DNA of 64,000 bases from the human T2T-CHM13v2.0 reference genome, Homo sapiens (GCF_009914755.1 NC_060934.1), one strand, 5' to 3'; counted from the first letter of the stretch, positions 11,951-30,228 are shown. The notes: generated by a model from the sequence alone, not told the origin. Numbers and translations: made by a program.

Positions 11951-14718
11951 ACCCCTTTCCGTCTCTGATGATGTTCAGTAGATGATGTTTCCTTGCATGG
12001 CAGCCTGACACAGAAGTCATGTCCAAGCCCTGTCAGGCAGCTGTCCCATCAAATAACCAGTTTAAATATGGAGCAGGTGCCCCTTCCACGGAGATGGACA
12101 TTGCAACTTTTAACCTTGTTGGACTCCTGCCCTGCTGAGCCATCTTCCCTGATGAACCAGCTAATCAAACATGTCCTGGGCCAGGAGCTGCAAACGGCTT
12201 TGATTTTTCAAACACACCAAACAACAGGAAAGAAAAATGAGCAAACCAGACCCAGAAAGAGGCTTGACCCAATGCCTCCAAACAGCTCTTCCAGCTCAAG
12301 AAACAGACCCTCCATCTGGGTTTACAGATGCTGTGCAGTGACCCACAGCATGGCAGCCTGACCTGCCGGGTCTGCTGTGAGGATCCCACAGTGTCAGCAT
12401 CTGTGAGTGGACAGAGGTAAGGCAGGGTGCTTTCCAGAGGACAAAGCTCACCTGGCATCAGGCCAACTTGAGATTAAAATTGTTTAAAATCCAGCCCATT
12501 AACAGCCAATAATCTCAATCCTAGCACCCGACATCTCTGCCCTTAAATCACACACCTGGAATTAGATGCTGGGGACCACACAGAACCCTAGCTGCCCACT
12601 TCAGTGATAACCATAAAACTGGCCAAACCCAAGGGATGCTGGGAGGCCCTGAAATGAAGAAATAGAGGTCCATTCTGGTTGGAATATGGATACACACATG
12701 CTGCCACTTATTGGTGAGCTGTTAGATACTCAGCACGTGATTACGCAGTTGTGGCAGTGGACAGAATGCTGGGGTCCCCCAGCTGGTCGCCTGGTAGTCC
12801 AGAAACCATGGCTGTAAACTCATCTCCAGCTGTCAGAAAAGAGTAGGTAAGATGGCCTATGCTTTTACAGAGACAGCCTACTATGGACCAGAATTCCCTA
12901 CTTTTGAATTCAGTTTAAAGGTTATTGAAGCAATCAAAAGCACCTAATATATAAAATTTATTGAGAATGCAAGACAGAATCTTTAGTCAAAATGCCATTT
13001 GGCTTATATTTTTAAACATTTCCACCTGGCTGAAACAACTGCAAATGTAAAATTAACCTTCATAGACACTGTTTGCCTTCACATGCTTACTATAAATGTT
13101 TTTAAAGGCACATAGTTGAGTTTTATGTTCTTTCCATTTATTTTCATGTTAGACTTGCGGATTTTTATGTTAAAAGTTATTTTTCAGAAGTGGAACCCTG
13201 CACCTATAGAAAATAATGCTACAGCCATAGAAAATAGAAGCTTCTCTTATAACAATTCAACTTAAAGGCATTATTCAGGAACAAAGTCGTTTCCAATAAT
13301 CTATCACTAGTCGTGGAACTTTGATGGGACGGCCACCTATCAGCAATCCTGTATTTTATTTCTGGGTAGAGCAAGTGTCCTAAGAGAATCCTGGAAAGAG
13401 AGGAAGTTCCCAACTAGCAGGCAGCCGGATGCCTCTGCTCCCAATCTGTTGGCTCTGCCTTAGTTTTCAGGGTCTCCAGCCTTAGGGGTGAGGAAGAGTT
13501 TCGGACCCCCACTCACATGACTCCATAAAAACTATGCAAGGGGAAAATGTTCCCCAGTTGACTAGGTGTGCATGTCTGATTAAGGAACACTGACTAGGTG
13601 TAATGGAGTAAGAGCACCCACCATGATTCTCCCCTGAACATAGTCATAAAACCTGGACAGAATGCATGTGGCAGCTATTCAAGGAGTCTGATGAGTAAAC
13701 ATGAGCAGGCAGATAGGAGAAGAAAACAAGAATTCAAAGAATACCAAACTGGCTGTAAGTTTACCAAGCTTTTATCCTCTAACCCTCTTGACCCCTTGCC
13801 CTAGAGGCAGATGCAGCCACAAAAGTGTGCAGCAGAGCAAGAACTCCAAAGCCACAGCTGATTGGAGAACCATCAAAGAGTCCCTCAGAATAGGAAAAGA
13901 GTGAGGATGTCACAGAGAAGGAAAATCTCAGGAAAGCAACTCTAACAAGCGGTTTATGAAGTCCTGGGCTCACTCCTGAGCTGCTCATACGTGGATAGGA
14001 TTCTAATCAGTATATAAAAGCTGTGAATAAAAGATAAAAGACAGATTACCATTAGGTTCCAGACTGGCCACTGGGTGGCACACACACCAGAATGATTAGA
14101 AGAGCACGGCAAATGCTTTCAAACCTGAGCTGACATTGGTAACAGCCCACAGGCAACATGCTGGAGCTTGTGGCCTGAACTTAACCTGCTAAAACAAAAA
14201 TATCAACACCTTTCACAGAATGTAAGTGAAACCAAGAGTCATAATATTCAAAATTCCCAAGATAAAATCCAAAATTGCTCAGAATAAGAACAAGCAAAAT
14301 CTAAACTCACATGGGAAAAGATAATCAGCAAACATCAACCCAAAGATGACGTGGATGTAATTTTCTGGCAAAGGCTTTAAAGTAACTATTATAAAAATGT
14401 TCCAACAAGCAATTGTGAACACTCCTAAAAGAAATGGAAAAATAAAAAGTCCCAGCAAAGAAATACAAGAAACTTTTAAAAAACCAAATAGGAATGTTAT
14501 GCTGAAGTATACAATAACTAAAATTTAACAACAAAAAAAATTTCACTGGATGGGCTCAATGAAGAACGATGATGACAGAGGAAAGAATCAATAAACTTGA
14601 AGACACATCAATAGTAATGATTCAGTCAGAACAAGAGAAATATATTTTTAAAAATGAACAGAGCATCAGGGACCTATGAAACAAAAACAAAAGATCTAAT
14701 ATTTGTGTTATCAGAGCA

Positions 14719-14960
<242 letters not shown>

Positions 14961-15208
14961 AACTGAGAAATAATGGCTTAAAACTTATCAAATTTGTTGA
15001 AAGACAAAAATCTATAGATTTAAGAAGTTCTGCAAACCCAAACAGAATAAAACTAAAGAAACCCAAGTTCAGACAAATCACAATTAAACTGCTAAAAACT
15101 AGAGACAAAGAAAAAAATCTTGAAAATAATAAAGTCTATATACAATAGATTCTTCTCCTTTTGAGTTCTCTAAAACATGTGATAGCTAAAAGTAAAAACC
15201 ATAACATA

Positions 15209-15496
15209 AGCTGGGAATGGTGGCTCACGCCTGTAATCTCAGCACTTTGGGAGGCCGAAGAGGGTTGATCACAAAGTCAGGAGTTCAAGAGATGCCTGGC
15301 CAAGATGGTGAAACCCCATCTCTACTAAAAATACAAAAATTAGCTGGGTGTGGTAGTGGGCACCTGTAATCCCAACTACTCGGGAGGCTGAGGCAGAGAA
15401 CTGCTTGAACCTGGGAGGTGGAGGTTGCAGTGAGCCAAGATCGCGCCACTGTACTACAGCCTGGGCAACAGAGCGAGACTCCATCTCAAAAAAAAA
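15209..15496 (+). mobile_element. AluSg-like, full length
   Basis: gatcacaaagtcaggagttc (2-bp deletion class); TSD aaaaaccataacata/aaaaattataacata. Confidence 0.93.
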
Positions 15497-17019
15497 AAAA
15501 ATTATAACATAGTTGGATAAGGTTTTGATGAACGTAGAGGGAACTAAATGGTGGCAAGATTTCTACACTGCACTTAAAGTGGCAAATTATTGATTCTCAG
15601 TACACTATAAAAACGTAAGTATGCATATTGTAATCTCCAAAGCAATATTATAAAAATAATCAAAGATACATAGTAAAAATCACAATACATAAAACCAAAA
15701 GGAATGGTAAAAAATGTTTTAATAACCCAAAAGAAGGCAGAAAATAGCAAAAGACAAAAACAGAGGGGAAACAGAAAACAAGAAAAGGGAAGACGTAAAT
15801 CTAAAGAAATTACTAAATGCATTAAATGTAAATGGTCTAAACATATCGATCAAAAATTGATGGAATATGTTTTGAAAAAAACAAGCAAACCAATTACATG
15901 TTGCCTACAAGAAACTCACTTCAAATATACTGATATAGGTAGATTAATCATAAAAGAACGGAAAAACATATTGTGGAAACACTAATCAAATAAAAGCCAG
16001 AGTAGCTAAATTAACATCAGACAAATGAAATATCAGAGCAAAGAAGATTATAATGCATAGAGAAATATTATCTAATGATAAAGGTTATGTGAAGCAAACA
16101 CTGGAGGAACTAAAATGACAAATAAATGCATAATTTTATAGACTCCAACACAACTTTCTCAGCAATAGATAGATTTAATAGACAAAAAAATTATCAAAGA
16201 TAAACATGAACTAAACAAATCCATTAACCTACTAGATCTTATTGACATTTATAGAATACTTCACACAACAACAGCAGAATATGCTTTTTTATCAAGAGCC
16301 CACGAAACGTTCCCCAAGGAAGTCCATATCCTGTGTCATAAAGCAAATCCTAACAAATGTAAAATAAGTGAATCATATAAAAGTTTTCTGACAATAATGG
16401 AATTAAATTAGAATTTGGTATTTGAAAGATAATAAGAAAATATCCGAACACTTGAAAGCACACTTATAAATAATCCATGGGTGAAAAAAAGTCTAAAGAA
16501 AAATTAGAAAATATTTTGAATTACATAAAGATGGAAAACACAACACTGCACAATTTGTGAGACACAGGTAAACCAGTGCTTAGAGGGAAATGCATAGCAA
16601 TAAAATACTTATACTAAAAAAAAGAAAGATTTAAAAAAAATTAACTTAAGCTTTTAGCTTTTATCTTAAGAGACTATAAAAATAAAAGCATTTTATTAAC
16701 TCCATAACAGGCAGATGGAATAAAATAATAAAGATCAGAAATCAAAGAAATTAAAAACCTAAAAACAACAGATAAAATCAACAGAACCAAAACTGATTCT
16801 TTGAAAACATCAGCAAATTTGATAAAGCTCTAGCAAACCTAACAAAGAAAAGAGAAAGAAAAGACACAAATAACCAATTTTAGAAAAGTAAGATAAAACA
16901 TCACAACAGACTCCACAGCTATTAAAATGATAAGAAGGGAATACTACAAACAACTCTGTACACTTAAACCTAGCAGCTTAGATGACATAGAACACCAACT
17001 CATTGAAAAACACAAATAA

Positions 17020-17328
<309 letters not shown>

Positions 17329-19845
17329 GAAAAACACAAACAACAAAATTTACCCAAGATTAACTCAATAACCTGAGTACTCCTATAAGTATTAAATAAA
17401 TGTAACACAGTTAAAAGTTTTCCATAAAAGAAATATTCAGTACTAGATGATTTTACTGAAAAATTCCACCAAATGTTTAAAAAAGTAACAGCACCAATTC
17501 TGCATAATCTCTTCCAGAAATAGAAGAGAGAGGTACACTCCCCACTCATTTTATGAGGCCAGATTTGCCCTGCTACCAAAACCAAGGACAGTACAAAAAC
17601 AGAAAACTGCAGATGAATATCCCTCATGAACATAGATACAAAAAATTTTAAGAAAATGTTAACTATTAGCAAATTGAATCTAGCAATATGTTGAAAAATT
17701 AATATGTCATGGCCATGTTGGATTTATCTAAGAAATGCATGACTAACTCAATATTTAAAAATCAAGCAATATAATACACTATATTAATAGTCTAAAGAAA
17801 AAAACCAACTTGATTACATCAATGGATGCAGAAAAAAAGCACATGACAAAATGCAGCTTTCTTTCACAATAAAAACTCCTTGCAAACCAAAACTAAAAGA
17901 GAACTTCCTCAACTTGATAAAAGGTATCTATTTCTAAAACCTATGTCTAACATTATACTTAATAGTGAAAGATTTAAAGCTTTCCCCCACTAAGAACAAA
18001 AAAAGGTAAAGATGTTCACACTCACCATTCTTATTCCCCATCTTACTGGGAGCCCTAGCCAGTGCCATAAGGCAAGAAGAAGAAATCAAAGCGTGTACAG
18101 ATTGCAAAGAAAGAAGTAAAACTGTCCCTATTCACAACCAACAATAATGTCTATATAGAAAACCTCAATTAACTTACAAAACAATTTCTTGAAACAAAAA
18201 TGAAATTTAGCAAAGTGGCATGATACAAGATCATACACAAAACTCAGTTGTGTTTCCATATACTAGCAATGTAGAATTGGAAAACAAAATCTAAAGACAA
18301 TACTATTCCTAATAGCTTGGAAAAAAAAGTTATAAAACTAACAACTCATGCAGAATCTGTACAAAACACTGATGCAGGAAATCAAAGACATAAGTAAATG
18401 GAAAGACAAATTGTGTTCACAGACTGGAAAACTCAGTTTAGCAAGGATGCCAATCCTCTCCAAATTGGTCTATAGGTAACAAAATCCCAAGAGGATTTTT
18501 CATAATATGGACAAGCCATTTCCAACATACATATGGAAAGGCAAAGGAATTAGAACAGCTAAACACTGTTGAAAAATCAGTTGAAGAAATCACTCTAATC
18601 AATTTTCAGACTCACCATAAGTTATGGTAATCAAAACAGCATGGTATTGGTGAAGGGATAGACAAATGTATCAGTGGAATAGAATAAAAAGTCCAAAAAT
18701 AGACCCACACAAATATAGCCAATTGGTTTTAACAACAGTGCAAAAGCAATTCAATGGAGAAAGGATAGCGTCTTAACAAATAGTGTAGGAACAACTAGAA
18801 ATCCATATATCAAAAAAATTGAACCTGAAATTAAGCCTCACACCTTTCCCAAAATCTAACTCAAAATGGACCGTCATTCTGGAAAAGTTTGATAGTTTTA
18901 ATAAAGTTAAATACACACTTACCATACAACTAAGCAAACCCACTCCTGGGTGTTACTCAACAAGAATAAAAAATTCATACCAGAAAAAGCTTTTAGTGGC
19001 ACTCTTCATAATTACCAAAAACTAGAAACAACCACTTGTTCTTCAGCGGGTGAATGGAGAAACCAACTATGATACACCAATGAAATACTACTCTGCAATT
19101 TTTTAAAAAATGAACTACTGATACACATATCAATGTGGATGAATCTAAAAGGCATTATTCTCAGTAAAAGCAGCTGGTCTCAAAGGCTACATACTGCTTG
19201 CTTCTATTCATATTACAGTCTCAAAATGATAAAACCATCATGATGGAGAACAAATCAGTGATTGCTAGAGGCTCAGGGTAGGAAAATGCTGTCACTGTAA
19301 AGGGATAATATAAGGAAATTTTTTGATGGAGCTGTTCTGTATCCTGATTGAGGTGGTGATTCCATGAATCTTTATATGTGTTAAAATTTAGAGAACTGCA
19401 AACAGCAACAAAATAAGCAAACAAAAAAAAATGACACAAACCACACAAAACACCCCATCAATTCTCACTCAGTCTCTCAGAAGATACAGAAGGAAGATTG
19501 ATAAGACATTGAAAGGGCAGAGGTGGACCTTGAGGACCCACCTAACTTCATGTCCAAATTCCTCCTTCTGAGCCTGGAGCACTGTTTAGCCACTTTCCCT
19601 GAGCTTGGTGACTCCTTAGAGTGCTGTTCTTCAATCTTTCTTGTTTGTCAGAGTTTGGGAAAGATTTCCTGAAGGAATTTGGCCTTGCAGAGAAAGGGCA
19701 TCTGTTACAAATGCAGATTCAGCTTCAGAGGCATCTGTGATTCTGCTACAAAGTTTAGCATCCAATGATCCAGAAAGTTTCCCTAGCATTTGTGGGAGAT
19801 GCCTGACAATTAGCTTGATTGTTGTAACTGAACAGCTGCATCGAG

Positions 19846-20320
19846 TGTATTAGTTTGCTATGGCTGCTCTAACAAAGGACCACAAACTGGATGCCTGAAA
19901 AAAAAGAAACATGTTCTCCCACAGTTCTGGAGGCTAGAAGTCTGAAGTCAAGGTGCCAGCAAGGCCGTGCTCCCTTCAAAGTCTCTAGGGAAGGATCCTT
20001 CCTTGCCTCTTCCAGCTTCTAGTAGCCCCAGGCATTCCTTGTCCTGTGGCAGTATAACTCCAATCTCTGCCTCCCTCTTCACATGGCCACCTCTCTCTGT
20101 GTCCGTGTCATTACATGCATTTCCTCTTTGTGCATGTCTGTCTTCAAATTTTCCTCTTCTTATGAGAACACAAGTCATACTGGATTAGGATCACCCTCAT
20201 GAGCTCATTTTAACCTCACAGCATCTACAAAGACCCTACTGCCAAACAAGGTCACATTCACAGTTACCAGGGGTTAAGTCTTCAACACATCCATGAGGTG
20301 ATACAATTCAACCTAAAATA
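19846..20320 (-). mobile_element. MLT1C-like solo LTR (ERVL-MaLR)
   Basis: tgtattagtttgctatggctgc...acagttctggaggctagaagtctgaa...aaggtcacattcacag...acaattcaacc. Confidence 0.88.
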
Positions 20321-21799
20321 CCGACATTTCATAGAAAATAGACAATGACAGGTAAAACAAGAATGCTGGCATTCATTTGCTTAATGTACTAATAGCAACT
20401 GATTCTAAAGCTCACTGGCATTCAGTCCTTTCTCCCTTTATCCTGAATTGCATTTTTTTAATTGCTTGGAAAAACAGAGCTGCCCCTGAGTTGTATGTTT
20501 TCCTATAATACAGGCTGCACCTCTTTATGAAGTTTTCAAACCAGCACTCACAGACGTAAAACTTAATGTCTTTTTGCACTTACATTCTCCATTTCCTAAG
20601 TATCAGCAAAATCCTTGTTTAACCTCCTAGCCTTTTCACAAAATTATTACAGTGGTTACTGGGCCTGGGAGGAGTATAAACAAATGTCTCTCCACTTACA
20701 ACCCCCCAGACTCAGCCACATGTCCTACAAAAGAAAGGAGCCATAGTGATTGCTGTGTTATTTTGTTTAAAGGGACTGTGTTGAACTACGCACATATTTT
20801 TTAAAAACTGTGGAATTAAGCCTTTTAATATACAGATACAAAAGTGGCATTTCAAAACCGTGGTTAATGAGAATCATTGTGCCTTCCTCCATTGGTTTGT
20901 TTATTCCATCAGTAAATATTCATTGTGCACATACTATGTCCACACCTCATGTATTGTGCTGGGGATACAAAGATAAACAGAAGAAAGCCATAAAGACTGA
21001 TGAAAATTCAATGTCTTAAATGTTCTCAAGGTACAGCAAGATCTTAGGGTTGGCCCTAACTCCGCTTGCAGAGCAAGGGATGACTGTCCTCCAGCTAGTT
21101 TGATTCATTGCACAAGTCAACAGCAAACCCACAAGAGCAAAAAAGGGCTTCCCTTTCTTCTGTCTCCTGAACCCAATGAAGCCCAGAACCAGACTAACCC
21201 AGAACCTCCTGGGCATCTGTAGACACTTGACACATTCATTTAACAAATGAAAATGCATACCTACAATGTGTCAAGCACGTGTTGAGCCATGGGGATAGAG
21301 TTGATGATGAAGAGCCAGGAGGCAGCTGCCCTCACTGAACTTTGTCTAATGAGACTTGCTCTTGGGAAGTCAGGGAGCCAGGAGAACGGGGAGCCCTTGG
21401 CACATCAGCTGGATGGGAGAGCCCATGAGGCAGCTGACAGCTGTTCATCCAGATATAGCCCTGATGTCCTAAGAACATGTCAGCTTCTTATTCAAAAACA
21501 AGAAGTATTTTTAATTCCCTGGCACTTGTGCCCCATTTAGAATATTACTTCAGTGACTAATCAGGGAAGCCCAACTAATCCAGACTCCTGAGAGCTCAGG
21601 CAGCTTCTGAGAGCTGCCAAGGCCACCAGCAGCCAGCAGGACATGTGGCAGCCACTCGTGGAGCCCAGGTGTGCATGAGTACTTCCCATATTCACCCAGC
21701 CCAAGTACGCGAGGAGGCTGCCATCAGCAGACACCAAATGTGAGAGCAGCTCTCTTTCCATAAGGGTTTAGAAGCCAATGGCCAATGGGTACCTAAGAA

Positions 21800-22100
21800 G
21801 ATATTCAAACATCTATAAATGGAGAAATGCACATTATAAGGAGACACCACTTATACCCATCTTACAGGCAGAGATTTTAAAGTGTAACAGTGTCAACCAA
21901 ATATTTGCCAGGATGTGAAAAATAAAGTGTAACGAACTTGGAGATCCCTTTGGCAATAGCTAAGAAACCTGCCAACTTGCCTGCCCTGTGCCACATACAT
22001 AGGGCACAAGGAAAGCAACAGGATACTGTTCACTACAGCACTGCCCATTTCAGCAAAACATTAGAAACTCCCCAATGTCTTGCAGCAGAGCAACAGGAAG
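21800..22100 (+). mobile_element. L1ME-like fragment
   Basis: gagaaatgcacatta...gagacaccacttatacccatc resembles the L1 ORF2 C-terminal region. Confidence 0.45.
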
Positions 22101-22129
22101 AAGGAAACTGTGCACAGGAATCCAATCAA

Positions 22130-22300
22130 CAGATAATCCTCACTGCTACCCTGTAAGAGAGGTATACTATTTACCCTCATTTCCCAATGGGGAAACTGAG
22201 GAACAGACAGGGTAAGTAACTTGCCTAAGTTCCGTACTAGGCAGAGCCAGAGTTCAACCCAGGCCACCTGACCCCACATCTGTGATCTTACTCATTCTGT
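22130..22300 (-). mobile_element. MIR SINE
   Basis: ccctcatttcccaatggggaaactgaggaacagacagggtaagtaacttgcctaag. Confidence 0.8.
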
Positions 22301-22441
22301 AATCCTGCCTCTGCAGAAATGTGCAGAATGGACATGGAGGAATATTGCAATTCTCCTGGAGGTTTACACATGTTTGAAAAATGTCCCAATTATCAAAGAA
22401 GAGATAGATATGCTGCCAAAAAGAGCTTCCCAAAGTCCCTC

Positions 22442-22880
22442 TGTAATGGTTAATTTTATGTAAACTTAGATGGGCCACAATGTCCAGATACTTGGTCAAA
22501 CATTCTGGCTGTTTCTGTGAGATGGATGGTTTTGGGATGAGGTTATATTTAAATCCTCTGACTTTGAGTAAAGCAGATTGCCCTCCATGATGTGAGTGGG
22601 CCTCATCCAATCAGTTGAAGGCATGAATAGAACAGAAGGCTGGCCTCTCCCAACAAGAGGGAATTTTGCAGCAGATGGCCTTCAAACTTCATCTGCATTA
22701 TTGGCCCTCTCCTGGGTCTCCAACCTGCTGGCTCACTCTGCAGATTTCAGTCTCTGTAATTGTGTGAGCCGATTCCTTAAAATCTCTCTATCTCTCTCTG
22801 TCTCTCTCTCTTTCTACACACACACACTCACACACACACACACACAGACTTGATTCTGTTTCTCTGGAGAACCCTAGCAT
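22442..22880 (+). mobile_element. MLT2 solo LTR (MLT2C/D-like, ERVL) with internal (CT)n(CA)n microsatellite at ~22783-22845
   Basis: tgtaatggttaattttatg...agcagattgccctcc...gggcctcatccaatcagttgaaggc...ttctgtttctctggagaaccct. Confidence 0.88.
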
Positions 22881-23009
22881 CCCCTCCCTCCAGCGCTTGC
22901 CCAGTATTGCAGCAGCTGATGGACAGATGAAAAATGACCTCATTGCACTGTTCCTACTTTCTCCTTTCTGGAATCTTGAGACAAGAAGGACAAAGAAGAC
23001 ATAAACTAC

Positions 23010-23155
23010 TGTAACATCACACTCTGAGGAAGCTATCATTGATTCCATTTTATAAGGAGTAAGACTGAGGCTTAGAGGAGCTGAATAACTTACCAACGTC
23101 ACATCAGGAAAGCAATGAAATATTTTCAGGCTCAAATTCTATATCTTTTCTCCCA
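23010..23155 (-). mobile_element. MIR SINE
   Basis: tccattttataaggagtaagactgaggcttagaggagctgaataacttacc. Confidence 0.7.
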
Positions 23156-24426
23156 AAGTATATGGCAAGGACCTGGATGGTGGGCATGCCTCAGCTCTGC
23201 TAGCAATCAAACACAAGTGGACAGATGCCATGAATCCTGACAGCTGGTCAGTTTTGGTACTAGGATCACTGAAAGGAACAGTTCTCCTGCAGAAGACTCT
23301 ATGATTGACCCACAGTTCCAGCCAGCCAACCACGATGGCTCCCATCTTATACTGTGTGATACCCCCTCCCCCAGGGCATACATTTGTAATGCTTCCCAAT
23401 AGCCAGCTCCATTCAATAAGTACTTGTAAAATAAATTGAAAAAAAAAAGGCAAAACTCTTTGCCCTCTCATAAAAGGCTACCCCTAAGAGAGTAAGGAGA
23501 AAGATCATGAGCAAGGGTAAATGTTGTTGGAGAGACTACTGGTTAATCATGTAGATTAGGTAGCAGGGGAACAAGGGTGTGAAACTAGAATATCTAATAA
23601 CAAAGCACAGGATACCTGAACTACCAAAAAATGAAAGCAAGCACTCATAAAAATCACTGATAAATTAACCACCAGGATGAGATAAGGGATCCCACACTGT
23701 GGTCAAATTTTGGTGGGGGTCATAGTGATAGCTCCAAAGCACATATCCAGACTCCTTGATGTCAGACAACCATCGCCATTATCTTGAGTAAGAGCAGACA
23801 TAGAATTCAGACAAGATACAAGAATGTATAATGTTTTGGGGGATAGCTCACAGTATGATATGGAAGGGTAAGTGACAAAGATTTGCCTGACAGCAGGCAA
23901 GAGAACTATTGAAACACAGGCCCTATCTGGTCTCTGAAACACTTAAATAAATGAAGATATATAACATACTTGTGGATAAGGATACATAATCTTATGTAGA
24001 CATAAATTCTTCCCATACTTATCTGTATATTTAATGCAATTCTATTCAAGATTCTGACAGAATTTTCATGAACCCTAATAAGCTAATTCTAAAATTTACA
24101 TGGAAGAATAGCCAGTACACTTCTGAGAAGGAAGAGTGAAGAGGTTTGTTTTATCAAATATCAAAAATTATTATGAATCTATAGCAATTAAGCAATGGTA
24201 GTACTAGTGCAGAATAGAATACAAAGTCCTAAAACAGATATTATTCATAAGTAAAAAGGTTCTAGATGTCCAAAGTGGCAGGTCAGGTCATCAGACAGAT
24301 GAGGACTATTCAATAAATAGGATAAGAAAATATGATTATCCACTTGGGAAAAAAGGTTAATTTCAAAACCTAACTCATTCCAAACACAAAAATTAGCTGT
24401 AGTTGTATTAAGAACTTAAATGACAG

Positions 24427-26442
<2,016 letters not shown>

Positions 26443-28329
26443 AGGATTTCTTAAACAAACCAAAAAAAAACTGTATAGAATAAATAGTAGATAAATTTTA
26501 CAATATCCAAATTAATAACTTGTGTTTATCAATGAAAAGCTTCAAGGAAGTAAAAAAGACAAATGGAAAAATAATAGTTGTAACACTTATAATTGACCAT
26601 GAATTTATGAATAATATATAAAGAGCTTCTATAAATCAATAAGAAAAGGATCTTCTACCCAACAGAAAAATGAGCAAAGACACAAATGGTCTTCTCACAG
26701 AAAAGGAAACACCTGTGAAAAATAAAACTAAGTTCTTTAGTCTCCTTGGTGATCAGAGAAATGCAAATCCAGAACACAATAAAATGCCATTTTATACACA
26801 TTTTATGGACACAGATTAAGAAACCTCCATGTGTTTCAGAGTATGTAAATCAAGAACATCTCCCATATTTTGCTGGTAGAAGAATAAATTGATACAATCA
26901 ATTTGGGAGTTTTTTGGTTTAATTTAAATATTCATGTCCCCAGCGATCCAGCGCCACTCCAAGAGAAACTCTTGCACATGTACAGCAGGAAGCAGCACAA
27001 AAATGTTCATAATAACACAGTTCACAATAGCAAAATCTTGATATCATGTCTAATGCCTATCAACAGGAGAATGGATTACAAAGGAGACACCATTCACAAC
27101 AGCGTCCTATTGTAATATTATATAGCATTCAAAATGCTAATGAGCTCTGGCCACACACAGCAATGATGAGATTGTGTCACAAACCAAGGATTATGAATAA
27201 TCCAATTCTGAGGTCCAACTTATAACCGAAAAAAAAAGTGGACAATTTTTTTTGAAAGGACACCCATTTCCCTGGTCAGACAAATGCTGTGATCTCATCC
27301 TTGCAAGAAGCGTAAGTGTTTGTTGCAGAAGAATTTTTTTTTAACAGCAAGCCCCTCTTGACATTTCTCAACTCAATACCACAAACGAAATTTCTACCCA
27401 AGCAACCCACAGTGAGATAAATTGGGATTTAAATGGCAGAGGCTGGGGGTTTAGCTGCAACCAGTTTTATTTATGCATGAATTCAGGCAGCTAGGAGAGG
27501 ATTCTACAGCCCTGATGATAAAAGTTAACAGGAACATCAAGCAACAGAATTTGGGAAGGAAATGGCTTCTAATCAATCCATCTGCTGGAACCAATTGCCT
27601 GAGATAAAGCCAGGCCACGCTGTTGAAGATGGATAATCGGGAGTTTATTGGACAAATGAAACAGCAGTGATAGAAGAGGTAAAGTCATTGCCAAGAAGGA
27701 AGGTAATTATAGCAGGAACAGCAGAAAAAGCTGCTATTAGATTTCAGTTTTCCCAACACTGTTTATGTTCTTTCCCTGCAAAGGCTTTCTCACCCTCCTA
27801 CAAGAACTTTGGAGAATCAGGGACATGAACATGTTATGTGGAATTTTCCTAACCCAACCTAAGCAGAGGTCTGTAAACTTCCTAAATTCTCTGCATCAGA
27901 CACCGGAATGGAGAAAAAGGAGAACTAACCCAAAAAGATGGGTCATAGTCATTAGCAGATACATAGGCAAGAAAGTTACCAGGCTGAAAACCCATGTCTC
28001 AGTGATCTCCAAAGGACTGGTACAAAATGAGACCTCTCCACTTCCTTGACTCCAGACAGTGACTTTAAACCATCAGGTACCTCATCCAGGTTTGCATATC
28101 AGACACAGAATAGGATCCAGGGCAAAAATAGCCAGGCAACTCTCAAACACCCATGAAAAGACAAACTCAGTTCTCTTCTCAGCTCAAACTCTTTCTCCTC
28201 CAGGAAGCCATCCTTGACTGCCCCTGGAATCCTTGAAGGGCTTCTTATGCAATTGACAACAGTTTTAGTATATACTCCTATTTTGGCACTTAGAGAATGA
28301 GCAAACATTACAATGGCTATCATGATGTT

Positions 28330-29200
<871 letters not shown>

Positions 29201-29374
29201 AGCCGATTGCAATAAGAAGTAAGGAGAGAAATCTGGGGCTGATATTCTAATCTCATTGAGGGCAAAGATAATGAAAATCTAATTTGGATTCAGAAATGAG
29301 GAGCTGGAAGCCAATATTTTTGCAGTGACGAAATAACTCACTAAATTAGCACATGTGATCATCTGAAATAAACT

Positions 29375-29510
29375 TTCTACTAGATTGGGAACTCCATGAA
29401 AGCAGAGATTTTTGTCATTTTTTTTCATCTGCTATACCTAACACCTGGAACAATACCTAGCAAATAATAAATGCTCATTAAATATTTGTTTAGTGAATAA
29501 AATGAATTAA
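29375..29510 (+). mobile_element. L2 3' end
   Basis: ctagattgggaactccatgaaagcagaga...gctcattaaatatttgtttagtgaat. Confidence 0.75.
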
Positions 29511-29963
29511 AAGCAAAATTTTGGGACAGTAATGCTCGACTCCCAAAGAATATTATGAAAAGCATGAAGAGATTAATGACAATGGCATGGATTAGGATGG
29601 CAGCTTTTAAGTGCTCTGTATAAATGAAGGAAAGAGGAAAAAAAAGTCTCAGATCTCTAAATCTGAGGCTCGATGTATGAACTGAACATAAAGGACTGGA
29701 CTCTGAGAAGACTATTCCAAGGAGGAAAGAACGTAATTTCAGATCAGACTAAATTCACTGATATGGAAGCACTTGCCAGAATTCTAAATTCAATGTCCTA
29801 GTACAAGCAGCTGAGAGTGGTTCTAATTGTTTGCTCAGCTATTTAACAGAAATATAAACTCAACAGTGATGAACTCTAAATGAAGTTGAGATGCCAAACT
29901 TCTCTGACATAATGTAGAGGAAACAGTCCAAAGACCAAAAAAATATTAAAGTTGATGTATGTC

Positions 29964-30228
29964 GGCCGGGCATGAGGGCTTACGCCTATAATCACAGCAC
30001 TTTGGGAGGCCGAAGCGAGCAGATTGCTTGAGGTCAGGAGCTCAAGACCAGCCTGGCCAACATGGTGAAACCCAGTCTCTACTAAAAATACAAAAATTAG
30101 CCAGGCGTGGTGGTGGGCACCTGTAATCCCAGCTACTTAAGAGGCTGAGGCAAGAGAATTGCTTGAACCACTGCACACCAGCCTGGGCAACAGAGAGGGA
30201 CTCTGCCTCAAAAAATAAATAAATAAAT
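29964..30228 (+). mobile_element. AluSz-like with ~36-bp deletion in the right arm
   Basis: gcttgaacc joins directly to actgcac at 30169/30170; (TAAA)n tail; TSD aaagttgatgtatgtc/aaagtagatgtacctc. Confidence 0.93.

Noticed and set aside
15704-15985. ORF with endonuclease motif CCLQETHF
   Set aside because: Frameshifted remnant of L1 ORF2, not a host gene.
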